DNA from: Salinivirgaceae bacterium
GTDB taxonomy: Bacteria > Bacteroidota > Bacteroidia > Bacteroidales > SZUA-534
DNA length: 64,000 bases
Reading direction: 5' to 3'
Assembly (NCBI GenBank): GCA_041664345.1
Contig: JBAYKX010000012.1
Location: 4,781 to 68,780 of the forward strand
Below are positions 39,047-47,724 of this stretch, one piece after another. The notes under the pieces were generated by a model. That model was not told the DNA's origin. It made no database searches and worked only from the letters and a program-made list of their open reading frames with translations. Both the position numbers and the translations under genes were made by a program. The stretch's first letter is position 1. Each line of letters opens with the position of its first letter.

Positions 39047-41317
39047 GTGAAAAACAAAAAATTCTTTCTGGTCCTGGTTCTCTTTTCCAGTGTAAGCTTG
39101 ATGGTGGCACAGCCCTACCACACGTTTATCGATCCTTTTATTGGTTCCAGTGGCGAAGGAAATGTTTTTGTAGGTACTTCCTGCCCGTTTGGAATGGCAA
39201 AACCCGGTCCCGATTGCGATGTGTCGTCCAATAGTGGATATTCGCCCAGCCTGAACAAAGCCATTTATGGTTTTAGCCAGGTTCATGTGAGCGGTACCGG
39301 CGGCGGCCCAAAATACGGAAACGTTTCCTTAATGCCTTTTTGCGGCCCGTTTACAAAGGTGGCTCAGGAATCGCTTCGCGAAAATGAATTGGCTAAAGCA
39401 GGCTACTATTCCACCACATTAAAAAAATGGAACATCAAAGTGGAGATAACCACTGCTCCAAAGGTGGCTTTTCATCGGTACGTTTATCCAAAAAATGCCA
39501 AAAAGGGAATTAAACTCGATGTTGGAAGTTTTTTAGGTGAAGAATCCATACCCGATGCCCGCGAAGCCCAGCAATTTGTTGGTTCCGAAATTGAAGGGGT
39601 TTCTGAAAACTCCATCCGCGGCTATACCCGAATCAGAGGCGGATGGAACAACGGAAAAGCTTATACCGTTTATTTTTACGCCGTTTTCAGTCAACCATTT
39701 TCAAATTTCGGAACTTGGAAAAACAACGAAATTGCTCCACAGGCAAGCTACCAACCCGACGATGGCAACAAAACTGGAGCTTATGTTTACTTCAGCCCAA
39801 CATCGGCTGATACCATTGCCGTAAAAATCGGAATCTCCTTTATCAGCTCGCTTAAAGCACGCGAAAACATTAATAACGAAATCCCCCATTGGGATTTTGA
39901 ACAAGTACGGGCCGAAAACGAAGCCCAATGGGAAAACCTAATCAGTCGGATTGAACTGGATGCCTCGGCCACCCAAGCGCAAAAAACCATGTTTTACACA
40001 GCGTTGTACCACACCATGCTTATGCCGGTTGACCGCACGGGTGAAAATCCGTTATGGGCATCGGGCCAACCGTATTACGACGAATTTTATGCTATTTGGG
40101 ATACCTATCGGACCTCACACCCTTTGATAACACTGATTGCACCGGCAAAACAAACTGAAATTGTAAATGCCTTGATTGACATTTATAAATACGATGGGTA
40201 CATGCCCGATGCCCGGAGCGGCAATTCCAACGGACGCACGCAAGGTGGTTCCAATGGCGAGGTGCTTATTGCCGATGCGTATATAAAAGGATTAACGGGT
40301 GTTAATTATCATGCCGGTTTGCGGGCTATGCTCAAAGACGCCACCGTTCCTCCGGGTGGAAACGAAGAAGCTGAAGGCCGCGGCGGTTTAACCGATTACA
40401 ATTCGCTGGGATACGTTTCCGACAATTTTGTGCGTGCCGGAAACCGCACCCTGGAATACGCGTTTAACGATTATTGTTTGGCGCAGGTAGCCAAAGGGTT
40501 GGGCCGTTTGGGCGAATACCACCGGTTTATTAACCAATCAAACAATTGGCAAAACCTGTGGCGCGACATGGAACACAATGGTTCGCGGGGTTTTATTATG
40601 CCCAAAGATGCCGCCGGCAAATGGATTGACAGCGTTGCCTGCGATATGAGCAACGGACGAAAGAGCTACGTGGTTTATTCCCCGGTAGCCCAGGAGTGGC
40701 CAATTTGCGTGTGCTGGTGGTGCGGATTTTTTTACGAAGGAAATTCCTGGGAATATTCCCTGTTTGTACCTCACGATGTACCAACGCTTATTGCCAAATC
40801 GGGTGGTACCGAAGCTTTCCGTAAACGGTTGGATACTTTTTTTGATGCCAACTATTATAATGTAGCCAATGAACCTTCGTTTCTTACCCCGTTACTTTAT
40901 CATTGGATAGGCCGCCCCGACTTAAGTACTAAAAGGGTGCACGAAATTGTTGACAAGAATTACAACGCAACCTCATCTGGCATTCCGGGCAACGACGATT
41001 CAGGAGCCATGTCGTCGCGGTTGGCTTTTCATTTGATGGGATTTTACCCCAACGCCGGTTTTCCCTACTATTTAATTACCACGCCTTACTTCAAGAAAAC
41101 GGTAATTCACTTGGAAAACAATCGGTCGTTTACCATTGAGGCCAAAAACCTTACGGACAAAAATTGTTTTATCAAATCGGCCAAACTAAATAACCAGAAT
41201 TTTGATCAGGCATGGATAAACCATGAACAGATTGTAGCAGGAGGCACACTTATTTTAGAAATGGCACCGGCAGCATCGGAATGGGGAAAAGCGGTAAACC
41301 CTCCGAATAATCGTTAA
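39047..41317 (+). CDS. GH92-family glycoside hydrolase (alpha-mannosidase family), secreted
   Basis: Signal peptide. HVSGTGGG and GNDDSGAMSS signature segments of GH92. About 750 aa. GTG start 18 nt after the iolG stop. Confidence 0.85.
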   Translation: MKNKKFFLVLVLFSSVSLMVAQPYHTFIDPFIGSSGEGNVFVGTSCPFGMAKPGPDCDVSSNSGYSPSLNKAIYGFSQVHVSGTGGGPKYGNVSLMPFCGPFTKVAQESLRENELAKAGYYSTTLKKWNIKVEITTAPKVAFHRYVYPKNAKKGIKLDVGSFLGEESIPDAREAQQFVGSEIEGVSENSIRGYTRIRGGWNNGKAYTVYFYAVFSQPFSNFGTWKNNEIAPQASYQPDDGNKTGAYVYFSPTSADTIAVKIGISFISSLKARENINNEIPHWDFEQVRAENEAQWENLISRIELDASATQAQKTMFYTALYHTMLMPVDRTGENPLWASGQPYYDEFYAIWDTYRTSHPLITLIAPAKQTEIVNALIDIYKYDGYMPDARSGNSNGRTQGGSNGEVLIADAYIKGLTGVNYHAGLRAMLKDATVPPGGNEEAEGRGGLTDYNSLGYVSDNFVRAGNRTLEYAFNDYCLAQVAKGLGRLGEYHRFINQSNNWQNLWRDMEHNGSRGFIMPKDAAGKWIDSVACDMSNGRKSYVVYSPVAQEWPICVCWWCGFFYEGNSWEYSLFVPHDVPTLIAKSGGTEAFRKRLDTFFDANYYNVANEPSFLTPLLYHWIGRPDLSTKRVHEIVDKNYNATSSGIPGNDDSGAMSSRLAFHLMGFYPNAGFPYYLITTPYFKKTVIHLENNRSFTIEAKNLTDKNCFIKSAKLNNQNFDQAWINHEQIVAGGTLILEMAPAASEWGKAVNPPNNR

Positions 41318-41361
41318 GAATAATGTCGAATAACCAAAAAATATTTTGTTTAACAAAAACT

Positions 41362-41482
41362 TATCCCTCCCAACCTCCCTTTAATAAGGGAGGAGTAGTG
41401 TCGAGTAACCTTGAAAGACTTCTATTCCAATTAAACACAAATCTGCTCCCTCCTTTAACCAAAGGAGGGTTGGGGAGGATAC
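41362..41482. repeat. pair of inverted C-rich/G-rich hairpin elements
   Basis: tatccctcccaacctccctttaataagggagg (41362-41395) versus the reverse complement of 41444-41482 (tatcctccccaaccctcctttggttaaaggaggg). Each copy is itself a hairpin (ccctccttt-aacc-aaaggaggg). Confidence 0.7.
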
Positions 41483-41837
41483 ATTTTAAATTATTAAAAG
41501 CCGTTTCCACATATTTTTCCGAATAACCAAAAAAATCCGCTAAGCACAAAAAATGTGTTAACGATAATTTTACATTAACGAATGATAAAAAAGGCAAAAT
41601 GGCTAAAATACCATTACAAGTGGTTAAAAAATCAAAACACAACAACAACGTTTTCATTAATTTTAGCTAACTGATATAATGTGCATTATCAGGATACCAG
41701 AACTAACAATTTATTAAGTTTTAGTTAATGCAATGCCGAAAAAAACAACTGATTTTTAACCTGAAAAATGAGCAGAATTACGACAGCAAATCGCTCAATT
41801 TGGGTGATAGTAATTAAATAATTTAAAAAGATTACTT

Positions 41838-44800
41838 ATGCAACGACGAATACCATTACTTATATTAATGCTCCTGTTGAGTCCGGTTTATTTGTTTTCG
41901 CAACAAAAAATAACCGGTAAAGTTACTTCGCCCGATGACCCGCTTGGGATACCCGGCGTTAATATTATAATAAAGGGAACCTCGCAGGGAACTATTTCTG
42001 ATATAAACGGCGACTATACACTCGAAGTGCCCAATGATACCTGTACCCTTTTGTTCTCGTATATGGGTTTTAATCCAGAGGAAACACAAATAAACGGAAG
42101 AGCCATCATAAATATGCAGTTGTTACCCTCCCTTGAATCGTTGGATGAAGTGGTTATTACGGCACTTGGAATAAAGCGTGACGAGAAAGCGCTCGGCTAT
42201 TCGGTACAAAAAGTGAAAGGTGAAGAGGTATCCCGGGTAAAAGAGCTCGATGTGGTAAATGCCCTATCGGGTAAAGTGGCGGGGGTTAACATTATACAGG
42301 CCGATGGAGCCATTGGTGGCGGAGGTTCCCGCATCGTTATACGGGGTGAATCGTCGTTAGCCGGAAATACCGATCCCCTATTCATTATTAATGGCATTCC
42401 GGGAGATGCCAATGATGTGGCTCCTGACGATATTGAAAGCATTTCGGTACTTAAAGGGGCTGCTGCTGCTGCCCTTTATGGATCAAAAGCCGGTGCCGGT
42501 GTAGTTATGATTACCTCAAAAAGCGGAAAAAATATTGGGGGAATGCAGGTTGAATTCAATTCAAACAATACTTTTCAAACCCCATTGGTGCTGCCCAAAT
42601 ATCAAAACAAATACGGAATGGGTGAAAGTGGCGATTATAGATACTACGATGGAAACGGAAATGGTGCTTTCGACGATACCCACTTAAACTGGGGACCTGC
42701 TTTCGATGGACAATCGAGGCCCCAGTTTACAGGAAACTTACCTTGGAATGCTTTTAATGATAATGTGAAAGATTTCTACCAAACGGGTCATACTTTTGTG
42801 AATAACTTCTCTGTTGCCAACTCTTCCGAAAAGGGAAACTACCGGTTTTCCTATACCAATACCAATCAAAAAGGGATTATGCCGAACAACGGACTAGTGA
42901 AAAACAATCTGGGACTGAATTCCAATTTTGTGGTAAACAAATACCTCACCATTACCTCAAATATTAATTACAACCGCACCGAATGCGATAACAACAAGCA
43001 GGTGGATGTTAGGTTTTACCCACGGAGCATCGACATTAGTGCATTAAAAGATTATTGGGTGCCCGGAATGGAAGGATACCAACAGATGAATTACCGGCGC
43101 AGCGGGAACAACCCTTACTTTGAATTGTATGAAAACCCCTACTCCTATATTGATAATAGGCTGATTTTAAACGTAAGTGCTAATTTAAAACTAACTGAGA
43201 GTTTTAGCATAATGGGTAAATATGGTACCAATTATACCAACAACGAGTATTACGACCAGCACGCATACAGCACCTTTGCAAAATATGAAAAACGCGATTT
43301 GAAAGGGTATTACAAGAATGGAATGAATAATTTCTGGGATAACAGCGCGGAATTTTTGGCAACATACGATAAGAAATTATTTGATGATTTTACCTTAAAA
43401 ATCTCTTTTGGAGGAAACCATTTCAGGAAGGAATTCAAAAAAATTGAAGGTTCAACCTATGAACTTACCTATTTGGATATTTACAACCTAAATAACCGCG
43501 ATGGATATCTGTCAGTATTGGATGAAATCTCGATACAGGAAACCAACAGTTTGTACAGTTTCTTAAACCTCGATTACAAAGGTAAAATTTTCCTCGATAT
43601 TACTGGACGCGAAGATTGGGCATCGACCCTTCATCCCGACAACAACCATTTTTTCTATCCTTCAGTGGTTCTTTCGGCATTGGTTCATGAGCTTTTACAA
43701 CTTCCTGAGCTTATTTCGTTTTGGAAAGTTCGGGGAAGCCTTGCCCAGGTTGGTAATAGCATTCCCGGCCCTTATTACACAGCAGAACATAAGTTTTCCT
43801 TTGAAACTTATAGTAATGGCTTAACCCATTTAGAGCCTTCAAATATTAATGTTAATCCTTATTTATTACCGGAAATATCAACAGGCCTTGAATTCGGAAC
43901 TGATATCCGCCTTTTTCAGAACAGGTTGGGTTTAGATGTTACCGTATATAATACGGTAACCAAAAATCAGATTCTGACAACAGACAAAACTATTACCGGC
44001 GGAGGGCAAGACAAATTTACGACTAATGCAGGGCAAATTACCAGTAAAGGGATAGAAGCCACATTGAACCTGGTTCCCATCAAGAATAAGGATTTGATTT
44101 GGGAAATGCAAATAAATTGGTCGTTGGACCGGACTTACCTCGATGAATTGATTGATTCAATGCCTGAAATTAACAAAACGCAACAGGTAAACAGCTTTTT
44201 GGCAATTGAAGATAGAGTTGGTCAACGCAGAGGGACATTCTATGGAAGAGCTTATGTACGGGCTCCCAATGGGGAACGGTTGTACAGCCTTTCGGGCGAT
44301 ACCCGCTTAACGGAAAATACCCAATTGGGCAATTACAACCCCGATTGGATGGCCTCCCTCAACAATACCATTACTTACAAATCGCTGAGTCTTTCTTTCC
44401 TTTTCGATTTGCGCTATGGGGGGTTGATTTTCAATGAAATTGAACGCAAACTAAATATGTACGGTTTATCGGAAGCCACATTGCTAAACAACCGTGAAGG
44501 CATAGTTCCCGATGGAATGGTTGAAGAGAACGGTACCTATCGGAAACTTACCCTCGAAGATTTGGAAAAAGCTGGAAAAATAGGTGGGCAATCGGGACAG
44601 GAATATTGGGCAACCCAAATGGAAGAAGCAACTCCGGAAAATGTTTTGGTTGACGATACTTATTTAAAACTGCGTGAGATGCGGTTGGCTTTTGAAATGC
44701 CCAAAGATTGGATCAAAGTATCCTTTGTGAAAGCGGTTACCATAGCACTCGTTGGGCGTAACCTGGCCGTTTGGTCCAAAGTAAAACACGTCGATCCTGA

Positions 44801-44921
44801 AACTTATGGTGAAGCCTCCGAAAAAAACGACTTTGGCGGTACCACAAAAGTGCCCGGATATGCCAATTCCAACATGCCCTCGGTAAGGAGCTATGGTTTT
44901 TCATTAAGTTGTAAATTCTAA
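41838..44921 (+). CDS. SusC/RagA-family TonB-dependent outer-membrane transporter
   Basis: Signal peptide, carboxypeptidase-regulatory-like N-domain (ITGKVTSPDDPLGIPGVNIIIKGTSQGTISDINGDY), plug (SISVLKGAAAAALYGSKAGAGVVMITSK), about 1030 aa, C-terminal aromatic residue (F). Confidence 0.95.
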   Translation: MQRRIPLLILMLLLSPVYLFSQQKITGKVTSPDDPLGIPGVNIIIKGTSQGTISDINGDYTLEVPNDTCTLLFSYMGFNPEETQINGRAIINMQLLPSLESLDEVVITALGIKRDEKALGYSVQKVKGEEVSRVKELDVVNALSGKVAGVNIIQADGAIGGGGSRIVIRGESSLAGNTDPLFIINGIPGDANDVAPDDIESISVLKGAAAAALYGSKAGAGVVMITSKSGKNIGGMQVEFNSNNTFQTPLVLPKYQNKYGMGESGDYRYYDGNGNGAFDDTHLNWGPAFDGQSRPQFTGNLPWNAFNDNVKDFYQTGHTFVNNFSVANSSEKGNYRFSYTNTNQKGIMPNNGLVKNNLGLNSNFVVNKYLTITSNINYNRTECDNNKQVDVRFYPRSIDISALKDYWVPGMEGYQQMNYRRSGNNPYFELYENPYSYIDNRLILNVSANLKLTESFSIMGKYGTNYTNNEYYDQHAYSTFAKYEKRDLKGYYKNGMNNFWDNSAEFLATYDKKLFDDFTLKISFGGNHFRKEFKKIEGSTYELTYLDIYNLNNRDGYLSVLDEISIQETNSLYSFLNLDYKGKIFLDITGREDWASTLHPDNNHFFYPSVVLSALVHELLQLPELISFWKVRGSLAQVGNSIPGPYYTAEHKFSFETYSNGLTHLEPSNINVNPYLLPEISTGLEFGTDIRLFQNRLGLDVTVYNTVTKNQILTTDKTITGGGQDKFTTNAGQITSKGIEATLNLVPIKNKDLIWEMQINWSLDRTYLDELIDSMPEINKTQQVNSFLAIEDRVGQRRGTFYGRAYVRAPNGERLYSLSGDTRLTENTQLGNYNPDWMASLNNTITYKSLSLSFLFDLRYGGLIFNEIERKLNMYGLSEATLLNNREGIVPDGMVEENGTYRKLTLEDLEKAGKIGGQSGQEYWATQMEEATPENVLVDDTYLKLREMRLAFEMPKDWIKVSFVKAVTIALVGRNLAVWSKVKHVDPETYGEASEKNDFGGTTKVPGYANSNMPSVRSYGFSLSCKF

Positions 44922-44931
44922 ACTTGTTGTT

Positions 44932-46698
44932 ATGAAGAAAAAAATTATATTCAATCGCTCATTATATATTTTCCTTGGATTTATGCTTGTATCGGGCTGC
45001 GATACCTGGGAAAAGGACATCAATATTAACCCCAATAGCCCATCAACCGGTGGGGAATCGACCAGCACTTATGACTTTGAACCCAGTGAGTTTATGCAGG
45101 ATATGCTTTACAATGTGGTGCATGGTTGGGATTACATTTATTGGAACGTAGGATCGGCAGTATGCGAATACCACGGAAAAACTATTAGTTTGAGCCAGGG
45201 TAACCGGCACCAGGCATGGCATGCTTTTGACGACTCCAACGATGGTGGCCCTTGGGTACAGGGATATAAAGCCGTTCGTTACATTAGAAGTATGCGGAAT
45301 GCCGCCGTTGCTAACGATGATAAAGAATATCAGGCTATTGCTACTATTTGGGAATGTTATGATTTTTTTGGCCTTACCCTGTTGTATGGAGACATTCCAT
45401 ATACCGAATCCATTATGGATGATGCCCCGTTGACACCTGTTTACGATAAACAGAAGGATATTTATTTCACCCTTATATCTAAACTGCGGACAGCCAGCAA
45501 AAACCTAGACCCAACCGCGATGATTGACGCAAATACGGATTTAATTTTTTATGGCGATGTAAGCAAATGGAAAAAATTTGCCAATACTTTGCTAATCCGG
45601 TATGCCATGTATATGGCTGATGCTGCACCCGACTCTGCAGTAGCTCTGCTGAACGAAATTTTACTGAACCCCGAGGTTTACCCAGTTATGGAATCGAATG
45701 TCGACAACGCCATGTTCCATTTCGATGGGGTTCAATACCAATCTCAATACTACAAGTTATCTTCATCCAAAATTGATGAAGCCCCATTCAGCAATGTGTT
45801 TATTGAGCGATTGGTGAGCCTGAAAGATCCCCGCTTGCCTATTTATGCCAGACCAGCGGCTTTGGTTCATACCGATGCAACAAAAAACGTGCTTCCTTCC
45901 AACGAAGGGGTTGATAAATATGCCGGCCATATTTATGGCATCACTACCGACAACGCTTATGCCTCGGCTTGGAATGATGGCGCCAATTACGCATCAAAAT
46001 TGGGTGACTATTTCAGGACGGAAGATGATAAAGGGACTGCCACTTTGGCTTGTGCCACAGTGCCATTAGCATTAGCCACCTATTCCGAAATGTTATTCTT
46101 TTTGGCCGAAGCTACCGAAACAGGAATGATTACCGGGCAAACCGCCAGACACTATTACGAAAGCGCTATTGAAGCCTCCTTTGATCAATACAAAGCCACT
46201 TTTACCAGCGATAAATATAGCCGTGCTTTTGGCAGTAGTGCCCTCAATTCGGTAACCGATTATGTGAGCCAACCCGATGTATTATATACCGGAGGCCGCG
46301 ACAAGCTTACCCTAATTGCCGAACAAAAATGGATTGCCGATTTTTTGCTGATGTTTGAACCTTATTTTGATCATCGCAGAACCATGCTGCCAGAATTGAG
46401 AGCTTCATCAGGTTCTATGGCATATAATTCTACTGGAAGTGCTACAAAATGGCCATCAAGGTCAGCCTACCCAAATTCAGAAACATCAACCAATAAAACC
46501 AATGTTGATAATGCCAACGCCAATGCCTTTGATATACCCGTTGTGGATCAGGCTACCCGGAACCTAGCGCTCATGTGGCTTATGCAACCCAAAGGTCAAA
46601 ACTGGCTGCAAATGCCTGTATTTCAGGAACCAAATTACAAGGCCGATTATCCGGCACGGTCAACCGATGCTGACTTTGGAACCAATTTCAATAACTGA
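44932..46698 (+). CDS. SusD/RagB-family nutrient-binding lipoprotein
   Basis: Immediately downstream of susC-like. Lipobox LVSGC. Helical TPR-like sequence, about 590 aa. Confidence 0.85.
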   Translation: MKKKIIFNRSLYIFLGFMLVSGCDTWEKDININPNSPSTGGESTSTYDFEPSEFMQDMLYNVVHGWDYIYWNVGSAVCEYHGKTISLSQGNRHQAWHAFDDSNDGGPWVQGYKAVRYIRSMRNAAVANDDKEYQAIATIWECYDFFGLTLLYGDIPYTESIMDDAPLTPVYDKQKDIYFTLISKLRTASKNLDPTAMIDANTDLIFYGDVSKWKKFANTLLIRYAMYMADAAPDSAVALLNEILLNPEVYPVMESNVDNAMFHFDGVQYQSQYYKLSSSKIDEAPFSNVFIERLVSLKDPRLPIYARPAALVHTDATKNVLPSNEGVDKYAGHIYGITTDNAYASAWNDGANYASKLGDYFRTEDDKGTATLACATVPLALATYSEMLFFLAEATETGMITGQTARHYYESAIEASFDQYKATFTSDKYSRAFGSSALNSVTDYVSQPDVLYTGGRDKLTLIAEQKWIADFLLMFEPYFDHRRTMLPELRASSGSMAYNSTGSATKWPSRSAYPNSETSTNKTNVDNANANAFDIPVVDQATRNLALMWLMQPKGQNWLQMPVFQEPNYKADYPARSTDADFGTNFNN

Positions 46699-46761
46699 TA
46701 CACCCAAAACTGGAACACCATGTTTTGGTGGAAAAACAACGACAATTAAACTCTTATATCT

Positions 46762-47718
46762 ATGAAAATGAGGAATTTTTATATAATCCTGTCTTTGGCT
46801 TTCCTTTTGGGAATGGCCTCATGCGATAATGTGGATGAAGGATACCGCATTGATTACGGGGAATCAACGGCTCAATTTACAGTAACCCTTTTAACTGCCG
46901 ACCGAGGAGCGGTGGGCGACACCATCATTTATGCGTTACAAGCAACATCGGATGCCAACATTAAATCAATGGTAGTAAATAACTCCGTTTCCGGCGGAAC
47001 AGGAACAGGGTATGTTATCCCAGGAGGTGAAACGGATCCACTCATCGATCATGTGTATGGAACCATCCAACCAAACACCAAAGCATTTAACATTCGGTAC
47101 TATTATGTGGTGTCGCAAGATACTTTAGATGCAACCATCAATTTTATCATGATTGATGAATTGGGCAAAAAAGAGACGACTCATGAATTATACACCGTAC
47201 CATCAATCGTATCGTACGACAGTCTTGTTTTGTTTTGCAAATCACAGTCGTTAGCCGATGGATTTTCAACTTCGGATGGAATGGTCTATCACAATCTTCA
47301 AGAGTACGAAGAAGTAAGTGAGATAAATAAAGCCGTTCAGGAAGCCTTAGACATGGTGTTTATAGTTGACAATGGCATTGGTATGCTTGTAGCTCCCTAC
47401 AGCGGAATATTCTACAGCTCAATGGCAATAAAAAACAAGACCTTATTTAAATTGACTCCCGATGTTAGTTCATCCGATTTTGATAACCTTACCAATGCCA
47501 CCTTGTCGATTATTACCGAAGAAAATGAAGTTAAAAAAGGAAGTACAAGCATTGACAGTTTAAAAGTTGGTGATATTCTAGGTTACCGGACCGACTTGGC
47601 TTCTACCAACCCATATCACTTTGGGTTGATCCGCATTAACGCCATTCATCCCACCAATGTGGAATACTATGATGGTGTAAGCTATATGATTGAAATGGAT
47701 GTAGTAACTCAAAAATAA
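46762..47718 (+). CDS. PUL-associated lipoprotein, unknown function (candidate surface glycan-binding protein)
   Basis: Lipobox LGMASC. Beta-rich. Position directly after susD-like. Confidence 0.5.
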   Translation: MKMRNFYIILSLAFLLGMASCDNVDEGYRIDYGESTAQFTVTLLTADRGAVGDTIIYALQATSDANIKSMVVNNSVSGGTGTGYVIPGGETDPLIDHVYGTIQPNTKAFNIRYYYVVSQDTLDATINFIMIDELGKKETTHELYTVPSIVSYDSLVLFCKSQSLADGFSTSDGMVYHNLQEYEEVSEINKAVQEALDMVFIVDNGIGMLVAPYSGIFYSSMAIKNKTLFKLTPDVSSSDFDNLTNATLSIITEENEVKKGSTSIDSLKVGDILGYRTDLASTNPYHFGLIRINAIHPTNVEYYDGVSYMIEMDVVTQK

Positions 47719-47724
47719 AAAACC

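Noticed and set aside
41323-41657. Overlapping 67-aa (+) and 98-aa (-) ORFs after GH92
   Set aside because: Both are translations of the inverted C-rich/G-rich hairpin elements (PPFNKGG, PPLTKGGLGR, PPLLKGGWEG). Mutually overlapping on opposite strands. No start context.
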